DNA from: a virus
DNA length: 64,000 nucleotides
Strand: one strand, 5' to 3'
Virus record (IMG/VR): IMGVR_UViG_3300035242_000035
Location: 1 to 64,000 of that record
Part shown: one piece after another, positions 1 to 8,652 of the stretch
How the letters are laid out: the number at the start of each line of letters is the position of its first letter
How positions within the stretch are numbered: the first letter of the stretch is position 1
Notes under the pieces: model-generated
What the model was told of the DNA's origin: nothing
Seen by the model: only the letters and a program-made list of their open reading frames with translations
Database searches by the model: none
Program-made: the position numbers and the translations under genes

Positions 1-314
1 AGTCCACCAGAGCAGCGGAGCTCTCAGGGCGGTCACGCCCGCCATACCATTGCCACCGGCGCAGCTCGGCGCTCATCGCCCAGGCCCACTGGTGCGCATC
101 GCAGAACTCCTGCCGGAGCGGCGTGGGCGCGCGGCAGACCGGGCACCGTGACCGACTCACCGTCCGTGCCTCGCGCCCACCTCCATCGACAGCCAGAGTA
201 GGCCGGACGCGAGCATCAGCGACGAGTTCTCCAGGTCACCCGCGAGCGTGAGGTACAAGCCCAGGATGGCGCTGCCGCCGGCGGGGATCAGCGCAAGGGC
301 CGAGCAGCCGCGCC

Positions 315-590
315 TCATCGCTGCCTGTCCATCAGAGCCAGGAGGTCGAGCGGGTGCCCGTCGTCATCCCGACCGTCCGGCGGATCCGCCTCCTCGACGG
401 CCCGCTCCGCCGCGTAGTTCGGCGACATCCTCCGCCGCGTCCCGGTTGACGTGGACCAGGAGCCCTCGTACGAGCGCCCGACGGGGAGATCTTCCATGAG
501 GTCGTCACCGGCCGGATTCTCCTCGGCGTCGGTGCCTTCCTCGAACTCGGACGTGGCTGGCCGCGGCTTCCTCGGGGTGTTCTTCTTCAT
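315..590 (-). CDS. small acidic hypothetical protein
   Basis: ORF preceded by the phage-typical SD GAAAGGAGAGG (~601-611, minus strand). Confidence 0.5.
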   Translation of the reverse strand: MKKNTPRKPRPATSEFEEGTDAEENPAGDDLMEDLPVGRSYEGSWSTSTGTRRRMSPNYAAERAVEEADPPDGRDDDGHPLDLLALMDRQR

Positions 591-747
591 GCGCTTGGAA
601 CCTCTCCTTTCGGGTGTGAGGTGTAGGCTTATGGCGCCCCGCGGTCAACCGCCGAGTCCTCATGTCGGATCCAGCACTTGCATCTCAGGCCGCTCGCGGA
701 CGAGACTGCCGCGCGTCAAGATGCGTAGTGGCTTGTGATACTCGGAG

Positions 748-1137
748 GTGGGCATGCGCTCGCTTGTGTGGTGGTCCGCGATGGTTCTGGGCGTGGTGAC
801 GGTCGGGGTGGCCGTGGCTGGTGGAGGCGTCGACCTTGGACGGTGGGTCGAGTACGGCACGGTGAGGTGTGGGCCCAAGCGCCAGGTGTTGCCGGCGCCT
901 CAGGGCAAGACGGATTCCCTCGGATCCGTCGACATCTGGAACCGCGGGGACGAGAAGATCTATGTCGGCGGTCCTGCTGTCGAGATCGGACAGGGCATCT
1001 TCATCGAGCCCGGCGGGCATGTGACGACCTCTACGCCGGCCGGCTCGAAGTATTGCGTGGCAGAGAAGCCGCAGACGCCGGGAGGTCAGACCGTTCTCCG
1101 TTACCTCGCCAAGTCTTTGCCGGAGGGCTCGAAATGA
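748..1137 (+). CDS. hypothetical protein with N-terminal hydrophobic/signal segment (virion- or envelope-associated?)
   Basis: GGAGG upstream, hydrophobic N-terminus, ATGA overlap with next gene. Confidence 0.6.
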   Translation: MGMRSLVWWSAMVLGVVTVGVAVAGGGVDLGRWVEYGTVRCGPKRQVLPAPQGKTDSLGSVDIWNRGDEKIYVGGPAVEIGQGIFIEPGGHVTTSTPAGSKYCVAEKPQTPGGQTVLRYLAKSLPEGSK

Positions 1138-1538
1138 AGAGGCGTTCGGTGATCGTCGCGCTGTTGGTCGTCACCATTGCTGGCTCTGGTACGTGGTGGG
1201 CTTCTGAGGCGCGGGCGTATTCCGCCAACCCCCAGGCGCAGTTCGGGCAGATCGCGTGCCTGACGACGGCGACCCTGGTCCCCGCCACGAGCCTGAACGG
1301 GCGTGAAGGGATTCAGCTTTGCAACGAGGGTTCAGCGGCCATTTACTTCGGGATCACCACTGCGTCCTCCTGCTCTGCCTCTGGGCTGACGACCGCCACC
1401 GGTACGCCGGTCAAAGCCGGCGCGTGTTGGTCGGGAGCGGTCTCTTACAACAAGGCCACCGGCACAGTGAAGGTCTGCTGCATCGCGGCCGCGAACCAGG
1501 TGGCGCCGGCAGACACCCGCTGGTTGGAGTTGGGCTAA
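1134..1538 (+). CDS. beta-rich hypothetical protein with signal-peptide-like N-terminus
   Basis: ATG at 1134 overlaps upstream stop (ATGA); MKRRSVIVALLVV...; TAATG overlap with next gene. Confidence 0.65.
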   Translation: MKRRSVIVALLVVTIAGSGTWWASEARAYSANPQAQFGQIACLTTATLVPATSLNGREGIQLCNEGSAAIYFGITTASSCSASGLTTATGTPVKAGACWSGAVSYNKATGTVKVCCIAAANQVAPADTRWLELG

Positions 1539-2284
1539 TGCGGCGGCGTCTTGCCTTCGCCGCAGCCGCTGCAGGCAGCATCGCAACGGCCGCCCTCCTG
1601 ATGGTTCTCGGCGCCACGCCGCCGCAGGTGTCCCCGTTCTCGATGACGGCGCCGCTGGGCTGCAGCGGCGATTGCACCTTCAACACGCTCGACGCAGGAA
1701 CGATCCGGGCAAACAGCATCACAGCGGGCATCATCGACGCTGGGACGCTCTATGTGGCGGGGACCGTCTGCCTGGATCCACCGACGTGCGCAGTGAGCAT
1801 CTCGAACATCGTGAATCAGATGGTGTTCCAGGCTCCGATCAATGGCGGACGTTTCGCAGGCGACCTCTACTGCGGGAACGTTTGCAAGATGGGCTCGAAC
1901 TTCGCCGACTATGTGGCGGTGACCGGAGGGAACAGCGGCGTAGGCACCACATGGACTGCGACCTCGAGCGGGTCCAATAGCGGGTTCAACTTTATCCCCA
2001 AGGGGAACGATGGTCTTAAGGTCAACTCGCTCAAGACGCTCGTCGTCCATGGTACAGGGACCGCGCAGCAGGCCATCGAGGCGGGGCTTACGACGACCGA
2101 CGGCGCGGGGTCGGCACCCGTGACATTCGGCACGGTTTTCGGTGACGCGCCATTTTGCGTCTGCTCGACCGCCAATGGATCCGGCGATGCCTGCGGACAT
2201 GGCGGCACCACCACGAGCGCAGTCACCCTTCTCTCCACGCCGGGCGCGAAGGAAATCAATTATATTTGCATCGGCGCGCGCTGA
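1538..2284 (+). CDS. putative tail fibre / receptor-binding protein
   Basis: Gly/Thr/Ser-rich; C-terminal 'PVTFGTVFGDAPFCVCS...INYICIG' resembles phage fibre tip domains; lies upstream of lysin. Confidence 0.55.
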   Translation: MRRRLAFAAAAAGSIATAALLMVLGATPPQVSPFSMTAPLGCSGDCTFNTLDAGTIRANSITAGIIDAGTLYVAGTVCLDPPTCAVSISNIVNQMVFQAPINGGRFAGDLYCGNVCKMGSNFADYVAVTGGNSGVGTTWTATSSGSNSGFNFIPKGNDGLKVNSLKTLVVHGTGTAQQAIEAGLTTTDGAGSAPVTFGTVFGDAPFCVCSTANGSGDACGHGGTTTSAVTLLSTPGAKEINYICIGAR

Positions 2285-2334
2285 GCACGCCGAGTAACCC
2301 GCGTAAACCAGCAGTAACCGGAGACTCGACGCCA

Positions 2335-2583
2335 GTGCAGAACCCAATAAGAGGAGACGTGGTGCTGTTCACCCAGGGAGCACCGTATTTCGACCCTCCG
2401 CAGGAGCTACCGGCAATTGTCCGGTCGCTCTCATACGATTCGCTCAAGCCGAATCTCGTGCTGCTCGGCGGGGCTCCAGAGGACACCACCATGATGAAGG
2501 AGTTCGACACATTCAGGGCCGCTGTCGAACACAACGCTGATGGAGGTGTGGGCACATGGCGCTGGCCGCACGAGGCGGATTAG
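2335..2583 (+). CDS. small hypothetical phage protein
   Basis: GTG start after GGAG; 'PIRGDVVLF...PAIV...NLVL...GTWRWP' small phage-protein pattern. Confidence 0.5.
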   Translation: MQNPIRGDVVLFTQGAPYFDPPQELPAIVRSLSYDSLKPNLVLLGGAPEDTTMMKEFDTFRAAVEHNADGGVGTWRWPHEAD

Positions 2584-2589
2584 CCGGCA

Positions 2590-3093
2590 ATGAACGTGGC
2601 CAACCTCCCCAGAGCGCTCGTCGAGTGGGCCACGCACTTCGCGGACGCCGGCCGGGCGCACGAGGTGGACCCGTTCCTGCTCGCGGCCATCTGCTGGCGC
2701 GAGAGCCGAGGCGGCAGCGTCCTGAAGCCACCTGGCCCGGCAGGGGTTGGCGACGGAGGGCACGGGCGCGGGCTGATGCAGATCGACAACCGCGCCTGGA
2801 AGGACTGGGTCTTCCAGACGCCACTCGATAAACCGCAATGGCAGGACCCCCGCTACAACATCCTGAAAGGCGCCGAGATCCTGTCCGGCTACGTAGGCGA
2901 GCTGGGCGCGGAGCTCCCCGGCGTGGCGGCCTACAATGCCGGGCCGGGGGCAGTGCGCGCGGTCCTCAAGAGATCGGCGAACGTCTCCGCCCACGTCCTC
3001 CTCCACCGCCTGGACCTCATCACCACCGGGAAGAACTACGTCAGCGACGTGCTGGCGACGCGCAGCAGGTTCACGCCGAAGTCGCGCGTTTAG
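2590..3093 (+). CDS. endolysin, GH23 lytic transglycosylase / goose-type lysozyme
   Basis: LLAAICWRESRGG (catalytic Glu), GHGRGLMQID, AAYNAG, NYVSDV motifs. Confidence 0.9.
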   Translation: MNVANLPRALVEWATHFADAGRAHEVDPFLLAAICWRESRGGSVLKPPGPAGVGDGGHGRGLMQIDNRAWKDWVFQTPLDKPQWQDPRYNILKGAEILSGYVGELGAELPGVAAYNAGPGAVRAVLKRSANVSAHVLLHRLDLITTGKNYVSDVLATRSRFTPKSRV

Positions 3094-3895
3094 GGTTGGC
3101 GGGGACGAGATCCTCCCATGTTGGGAACGGGAGCCCGGCTGGGAGCGCTCTTTTGACTGCGCGGTGCAGGCCCCAGACGTAGCGCAGGTTGCCGCCGTGC
3201 CTCAGCGGCCTGGCGATCCTCGCGAGCCATTCCGTCATCCAGGTCGCCACGTCCTCGCCGCGCGCTGGCGGTTTCGCCCCGAAGCGCGTCAGGGTGGAGA
3301 TGGCGTAGCGGGCCCCGGTCTCGCCAGCCCGGGCCTTCTGGATGGCCCTCGGAGAGAAGATGGTCCCGTCCGGCAGCAGCTGGTGGACCCGCGCCTTCGA
3401 GCGGCCCGTGTAGACCCCGTTGTGGGCGCGGTAGATGGTCCCGAGGTGCCCGGGCATGACCACCGAGCCGTCGACCCGCGTCCGGCGCACCGGGTCGGAG
3501 AACGAGACGACCCCCGCGAACCCCTGGCGCGCGAGCAGCTCGAAGCACCTCCCCAGGAACCACGTCTCTCCGTTCGCCGGCACGTCGTCGAGCAGCACCA
3601 GGCGCCCCAGGTCGAGGCATTCCGCGGGCGGCGCCGGGATGGCGGAGAGCGCCTCCGCCCGGGCTGGCACGGAGAAGATGGCCGCGCCGACCACCTGCCC
3701 CGCGCGGCACAGGCCGAACTGCCGACGCGCCGCCGGGACGGAACCAGAGCAGTGGTGGGCGAGCACGAAGTCCTTCACCGGCCCGCACTTGCGCGCGAAC
3801 TCCACCACCTCGTAGAGGCGGGTCTGGATTGGCTCGCCCGCCGGCCGGTAGTTGGCGCGCCCAGATCGCCAGCGCTGCGTGAAGTCCACGTTCAT
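3071..3895 (-). CDS. mom: Mom-family (GNAT-fold) adenine modification enzyme
   Basis: FVLAHH(C)SG, LDLGRLVLLDDVPANGETWFL, VVSFSDP, GHLGTIYRAHN.VYTG match Mom-like proteins. Confidence 0.8.
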   Translation of the reverse strand: MNVDFTQRWRSGRANYRPAGEPIQTRLYEVVEFARKCGPVKDFVLAHHCSGSVPAARRQFGLCRAGQVVGAAIFSVPARAEALSAIPAPPAECLDLGRLVLLDDVPANGETWFLGRCFELLARQGFAGVVSFSDPVRRTRVDGSVVMPGHLGTIYRAHNGVYTGRSKARVHQLLPDGTIFSPRAIQKARAGETGARYAISTLTRFGAKPPARGEDVATWMTEWLARIARPLRHGGNLRYVWGLHRAVKRALPAGLPFPTWEDLVPANPKRATSA

Positions 3896-3972
3896 CGGCC
3901 AGCTCCTCGCGGGAGGGTGACGCCCCTTGTCGCGTGCGAGCGGCCAGGGGCGCCCGTTCTCGCGACGATCAT
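3892..3972 (-). CDS. 26-aa mini-ORF bridging vWA and mom
   Basis: ATGA overlaps at both ends (vWA stop, mom start). Confidence 0.3.
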   Translation of the reverse strand: MIVARTGAPGRSHATRGVTLPRGAGR

Positions 3973-4766
3973 GGCGCTCCGAAGCCGCCGGCCGAGGCCG
4001 CCTGGAAGTTCACCGCCGCCTGGGAGGCGCGCACGGCGGACTGTGAGAAGACCTGGAACGCCTGCCGGATGGACGACGCGTCGTTGCTGGGCGTGAGGAT
4101 CCACTTGTCCTCGATGCCCATGGCGCTGAACACCTTCCGGAAGTCGGTCTGCCCGTCGGCGATCCCCATCGCCGCCACGATGTGCGTCTCGGCCCGCCGC
4201 ATGTCCGTGACGATCTTCGCCACGTCGCTGGCGCTGGCGCGCTTGGAGTGGAGGTCCGCGCCGTCGGTGATGATGAGCGTCACCGTGCGGCACACCACGC
4301 CGCTGTTGGAGAAGTCCTGGGCCTTGGCCAGCACCGTGCCCAGGAGGAGCACGGTCTGGTCGTAGAGCGGGGTGCCCCCGGCGGCCCAGTAGTTGGACCC
4401 CTGCTCCATCTTCGGCACCTTGTTGACCGGCTGGTAGGGGAACAACACCCGGCCGTTCAGCAGGCGGGTGTGCGCCAGGATGGCGTCGGCCTGCTTGCTG
4501 GCGCGGAGCGCGTCGAGGACGAGGTTGTGGCCGTCGCAGACCACCTGCTCGTTGTGGGCCTCGGAGATCGACCCCGAGTCGTCGGGGAGGATGGAGACCA
4601 GCACCACCTCGCTGGACTGCACGTCATCCACGGTGATGCCGAGCCCGGCCTGAATCTGGGCGCCGAGGTCGCCCACGGCGAGGACCTGGGCGGACTCGGG
4701 CGAGAGGATGCCATCGGACTGGGCGCCCTGGAAAAGCTGGTCGACTGCGGTATTGCTCGAAGACAT
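3969..4766 (-). CDS. vWA (TerY-like) domain protein
   Basis: MIDAS DDSGS, GGTPLYD, IITDG; AAGGAG SD. Confidence 0.85.
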   Translation of the reverse strand: MSSSNTAVDQLFQGAQSDGILSPESAQVLAVGDLGAQIQAGLGITVDDVQSSEVVLVSILPDDSGSISEAHNEQVVCDGHNLVLDALRASKQADAILAHTRLLNGRVLFPYQPVNKVPKMEQGSNYWAAGGTPLYDQTVLLLGTVLAKAQDFSNSGVVCRTVTLIITDGADLHSKRASASDVAKIVTDMRRAETHIVAAMGIADGQTDFRKVFSAMGIEDKWILTPSNDASSIRQAFQVFSQSAVRASQAAVNFQAASAGGFGAP

Positions 4767-4857
4767 TCGCGGTTCTCCTTGGGTTCTGCGGGTTCTCAGC
4801 TGGTTGAAGGCCGCCGCCGGCGACGTGCAGGCGGCGGGCGTGGCGAAACGGCCAAAC

Positions 4858-5919
4858 CTACATCCCCGGCCACGAGTCCATTGGCTGGGTGGACTTCACC
4901 AGGGTCATGCCGGCGGCGCCGAACCGCTGGAGCGCCTGCTCGGCGTCGGCCGTGTAGTCCGCGATGAACCCGCCCTTGCCGTCCGGCACGGTCACCGCCG
5001 ACATGCAGTCGGTCAGCACGTAGACCTTCTTCGCCAGCGCGGGGTCCTGGGTGGCGATCTCCGAGAGCAGGTCGTCGATGGAGCTCTTCACGCAGTGGCT
5101 GGCGGCCTGCCCGGCGATGACCACCGCGTCGGCGCCGAGGAGTGTCTTCAGGAAGGCCGTGTTCCGCTGGGCGAGCGGCTGACCGTCGTGGCGGGTGAGC
5201 ACCTCAGGGCGGAGGACGGAGTAGTTCTCGGTGAGCGGGTTCCCACCCTTCACCTCGCACCAAGACTGGGTGCCGCGGACGAAGGCGTGGAACAGCCGGG
5301 CCTCGTGGATGGTCCCGACGAGGGCGTGGCCGTCGCTGCCGAGCAGGCAGTGGGGCGGCCAGAGGTAGAGCCTGTACTTGCCGGCCTGCTCGAGCTGTTC
5401 GCAGTAGTGGCGGACCTGCCCCATCAGCCAGGTGTAGTTGCCGTTGCACAGCCACGGCGTCATGGCCGGGTTTGGCTTCACCTCGCCGGCCAGCACCTGC
5501 GCGGTGGAAATCTCCCGGAACGGGGCGGCCGGGCTCCCGTCGGCCTGCTGCCAGAACGAGGGGAAGAAGATTTGGTAGGCAAAGTGGGTGTCGAGCGTCG
5601 TCGTGATGCTGGTGATGCGCGGGAGGTTGCCGTAGATGAACTCGGCGATCCTGGCGCTGTCCTCAATGGCGCCGCGGCCGCTGCGGCCGCCGACGTAGAG
5701 CGTGCCCTGGGGCAGGCAGAAGTCCTTCTGCACGTCGATCAGCAGCAGGTGGGCGCGGAGCTTGTCCGTCGCCGCGGCGCGGACGTTGTGCGCCCGGCGG
5801 AAGTCGTCGGCGTGGGTGAGCAGAGTCTGCTGGTTGGGGGTGTAATCCCACGCGGCGGAGCGGTCGCGCGCGTAGAACGCTGGAGCTGGGGTCTGGGACG
5901 GCGAGGTGCTGGCTTTCAT
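4858..5919 (-). CDS. nicotinamidase / isochorismatase-family cysteine hydrolase
   Basis: LLIDVQKDF, TLDTH, WPPHC, VKG, AGQAASHCV (Asp-Lys-Cys triad plus metal ligands). Confidence 0.85.
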   Translation of the reverse strand: MKASTSPSQTPAPAFYARDRSAAWDYTPNQQTLLTHADDFRRAHNVRAAATDKLRAHLLLIDVQKDFCLPQGTLYVGGRSGRGAIEDSARIAEFIYGNLPRITSITTTLDTHFAYQIFFPSFWQQADGSPAAPFREISTAQVLAGEVKPNPAMTPWLCNGNYTWLMGQVRHYCEQLEQAGKYRLYLWPPHCLLGSDGHALVGTIHEARLFHAFVRGTQSWCEVKGGNPLTENYSVLRPEVLTRHDGQPLAQRNTAFLKTLLGADAVVIAGQAASHCVKSSIDDLLSEIATQDPALAKKVYVLTDCMSAVTVPDGKGGFIADYTADAEQALQRFGAAGMTLVKSTQPMDSWPGM

Positions 5920-5956
5920 GTGCGGCTCCTTGGGTGCTGCGGGTTGCGGTTGTGAA

Positions 5957-7828
5957 TCAGTGGAACGTCAGGGCGACGATCTTCTTGGGGCTCACAACGC
6001 AGAGCCCGCGCGCGGCGGCGATGAGAGAGCAGCTCGCGTCTACGAAGGGCTCGGCGTCCGAGAAGACGCGGGTCTCGGTCGGCGCGCCGTTCTGGAGCTC
6101 GACGCGGATCACGCCGTCGTCGGTGGGGCAGAGGAGCAAGTCCCCCGCGGCGCACCTGCCGTGGACGTTGGCGAGCCACGAGTTGGAGTTTGCCGGAGCC
6201 TCCAACTGGCCGAGGACGTCCCCGTTCCGACCGAGGACGACGCAGTAGTTGATGAGGCGGCCGCGGAGTTGGGTCGCCACGAAGAGCCAAGCGCGCCGCT
6301 CGTTGATCGCGCAGGCGGCGTCGAGGATCTGCCCTGGCATCGCCGGCAGCTTCACCGTGTCCCGCAGCCCGCGCTTCTCGGCGTCGAACGTGAATCCCAC
6401 GCTGACGGCACCGGCGCGGTAGAAGCCCACGCCGAACGTAGGGCCGACCCAGAAGCGAGTCTGTCCCTGCAGCACATCGCCGATGATCTCGGGCCCGAGC
6501 TGCGCGTCGCGGTGTAGGCGCCCGCCGTGCGCCCAGTAGATGTGCGCCGGGTTGCACCCGAAGACGGGGCGGCCCTGGCTGGTGTCAACCGAGTAGACCT
6601 GCGACGCAACCGTGGACGGGACGCGCACCACCTCCCCGCCGAGCGCGAGGTAGGTGTCGGGCCCGCGGATGGCGTAGGTCACCCCCGCCCGGAGCGGGCC
6701 ACCGTAGACCGCCTTGCCGTCTTCGCGGACGAACGAGCTGCCCTCCCAGGCCAGCCAGCGCACGTCCCCGCCGTCGAGGCAGGTGTGGACGACCTCGCCC
6801 CGGGTCTCGAAGACCGTGGTGGCGGATACGCGGCCGCGCGCGGCCACGACGCGCGTCGCGGTGGCCTGGGCGTGCGGCTGGCAGGTAGGGCAGGAGCCCC
6901 GCGCATGCTCCCTGCCGCAGGACGAGCACGTCTGGAAGTGCAGCTGCTCCAGCAGCGGACGCGGGAGCGCTGCGCGGGCGTCGCGCGCGAAGGTCTGGTC
7001 GAAGTGGTGGAGCAGGTCATGTGGAAGGCTCTCCGCCGGCATGGCGGGCTTCGGGTACTGCACCTCGGGGTGGAGCACCGTCACCCGGCGCAGCGGACGC
7101 GCCGCTGGCGGGATGCGCTTCATCGCGTCCTTGGGCCTGTGGATGCCGCCGAAGGGCCCGACGCAGAGGAGGCTCTGGAAAAGGAGCGCGTGGAAGGCGT
7201 ACCAGTCGGAGAGCTCGTTGTGGGGCTTCGTGAGCACCGGGGTGGGGGCGCTGGCCTCGCAGAGCAGGGGGTCCACGAACCGCTCGGTGAAGACCGAGCT
7301 GAGGTAGGACCGCGCGGCGGAGCGGAACTGGAAGCTGTCCGCGTCGACGATGGAGATGCCAGCGGTTTTCACCAGCACGTTCAGGTCGTTGAAATCGCCG
7401 ATCACCACGCCGTTCCGGTGGAGGGCGGCCACCGCCTCGTGCAGCTCCAGGAAGACCTTCACCACGCTCCCGCCGCCGACGGTCCGCCGGAAGGCGGGTT
7501 CGCCGTACCGCATGATGGGCTCGGCCCCGCGCACCAGCGACATCGTGTACCCGAGGACTACCTTCCCGGCCCGGTCGGTCGCCAGTTCCTGCGGCGCAAC
7601 CACCTGCCGGGGCAGTCCCTTCGGGAAGTCGCGGAGCTTCGTCTGGTGCTCGAGGATCCTTGTCCTGGCCGCCTGCTGCTGGTCCGGCATCCCGGTGAAG
7701 TCCGCGTGCTCCGGGGGCTTGTAGAGCTTCAGGGCCGTGCCGATGTCGTACACCTCCGCCTCGCCCCCGCGGCCGAGCAGCTGCGCGGGCGACACGCGGA
7801 CCAACTTCCCCGCGAGGTAGACGTTCAT
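5957..7828 (-). CDS. Ser/Thr protein kinase (TerY-P type) with Zn-ribbon and beta-rich C-terminal domain
   Basis: LGRGGEAEVY, ALKLY, IGDFNDLNVLV, VDADSFQ; CSSC...CPTC; ATG at 7828 overlaps PP2C stop. Confidence 0.85.
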   Translation of the reverse strand: MNVYLAGKLVRVSPAQLLGRGGEAEVYDIGTALKLYKPPEHADFTGMPDQQQAARTRILEHQTKLRDFPKGLPRQVVAPQELATDRAGKVVLGYTMSLVRGAEPIMRYGEPAFRRTVGGGSVVKVFLELHEAVAALHRNGVVIGDFNDLNVLVKTAGISIVDADSFQFRSAARSYLSSVFTERFVDPLLCEASAPTPVLTKPHNELSDWYAFHALLFQSLLCVGPFGGIHRPKDAMKRIPPAARPLRRVTVLHPEVQYPKPAMPAESLPHDLLHHFDQTFARDARAALPRPLLEQLHFQTCSSCGREHARGSCPTCQPHAQATATRVVAARGRVSATTVFETRGEVVHTCLDGGDVRWLAWEGSSFVREDGKAVYGGPLRAGVTYAIRGPDTYLALGGEVVRVPSTVASQVYSVDTSQGRPVFGCNPAHIYWAHGGRLHRDAQLGPEIIGDVLQGQTRFWVGPTFGVGFYRAGAVSVGFTFDAEKRGLRDTVKLPAMPGQILDAACAINERRAWLFVATQLRGRLINYCVVLGRNGDVLGQLEAPANSNSWLANVHGRCAAGDLLLCPTDDGVIRVELQNGAPTETRVFSDAEPFVDASCSLIAAARGLCVVSPKKIVALTFH

Positions 7829-8652
7829 GGCGCCACCTTCCGCGCGAGCACCAGCGTGGTGTCGTCCCGCAGTAGTCCGGGCTCGACCCGGTGGGCTCCG
7901 TTGGCGCTCACCACCTTGTCGCGGCCTATGCGCGCCAACCACCGCCGCAGGCCGTCCTGGTTCTCGAAGACGGCGGGCCGCTCGAGGAGCTGGTGCAGGG
8001 GCCCGATGCGCTCCGTCGTCCCTGGGATGAAGCGGTCGGCCGCGTCGGCGAGGTCCCCAGCGCCGTCCGTCCCGACGATGAGCGTGGCCACGTCATCCAC
8101 GAGACGCCGGTGGTGGGTCCTGATTGTCAGAAGGTCGTCCGGGATGGACGTGGGCCTGTTCTTCAGGACGCCGTAGGCCAGATACGGCGGCTCGTTCCCC
8201 GCCTGCGGCTTCAGCCGCAGGGTCTCCCCGTTCACTGCGAGCAGGCCGTCCCCGCATGAGAAGGTTCGGAGGACCCCGCCGCTCGCGATCGCCCCCACCA
8301 CCGTGAAGAGCAGGCTCTCCACGACGGCGAAGCCGTGCAGACCAGGCGGCGCCAGCATCTCGGCCATCGCGAGAAGACGGTGCCGGACGGCCAGGGTGAC
8401 AGCCACCGTCCAGGCGCCATCGTCGTGGACCCGCCCGCCCTCGGCCTCGCTCGCCACGGCGTACGCCACCATCCGCGCCCCGGCGATAGCCCCCACCTCG
8501 CTCCGCGGGCTGCCGCTGCATCCGTCGCAGACGACGGCTACGAACCCGCCGTCCGGCAGTCGCAGGGTGAACGCGGCGTCCTGATTATTCCTGCCGACGA
8601 GCTGGTGTGGCCGGCCCGGCATGCTGCCGACCGCGAGTTGGAAGGTCGTCAC
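7825..8652 (-). CDS. PP2C-like protein phosphatase
   Basis: G..H...RNNQDA, VVCDGCSG, CGDG, GTDG, DDTT; GTGA overlap with upstream gene. Confidence 0.85.
   Translation of the reverse strand: MTTFQLAVGSMPGRPHQLVGRNNQDAAFTLRLPDGGFVAVVCDGCSGSPRSEVGAIAGARMVAYAVASEAEGGRVHDDGAWTVAVTLAVRHRLLAMAEMLAPPGLHGFAVVESLLFTVVGAIASGGVLRTFSCGDGLLAVNGETLRLKPQAGNEPPYLAYGVLKNRPTSIPDDLLTIRTHHRRLVDDVATLIVGTDGAGDLADAADRFIPGTTERIGPLHQLLERPAVFENQDGLRRWLARIGRDKVVSANGAHRVEPGLLRDDTTLVLARKVAP

Noticed and set aside
4858-5919. Known phage NAD reconstitution pathway (NARP1/NARP2)
   Set aside because: Those need PRPP-synthetase-like, Nampt-like or NMNAT enzymes; none is recognisable in the window
6527-8176. 549-aa plus-strand ORF, and similar long Arg/Gly/Pro-rich ORFs such as 34342-35934, 61233-63602 and 10816-12234
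   Set aside because: Alternative-frame or antisense shadows of genes with clear motifs
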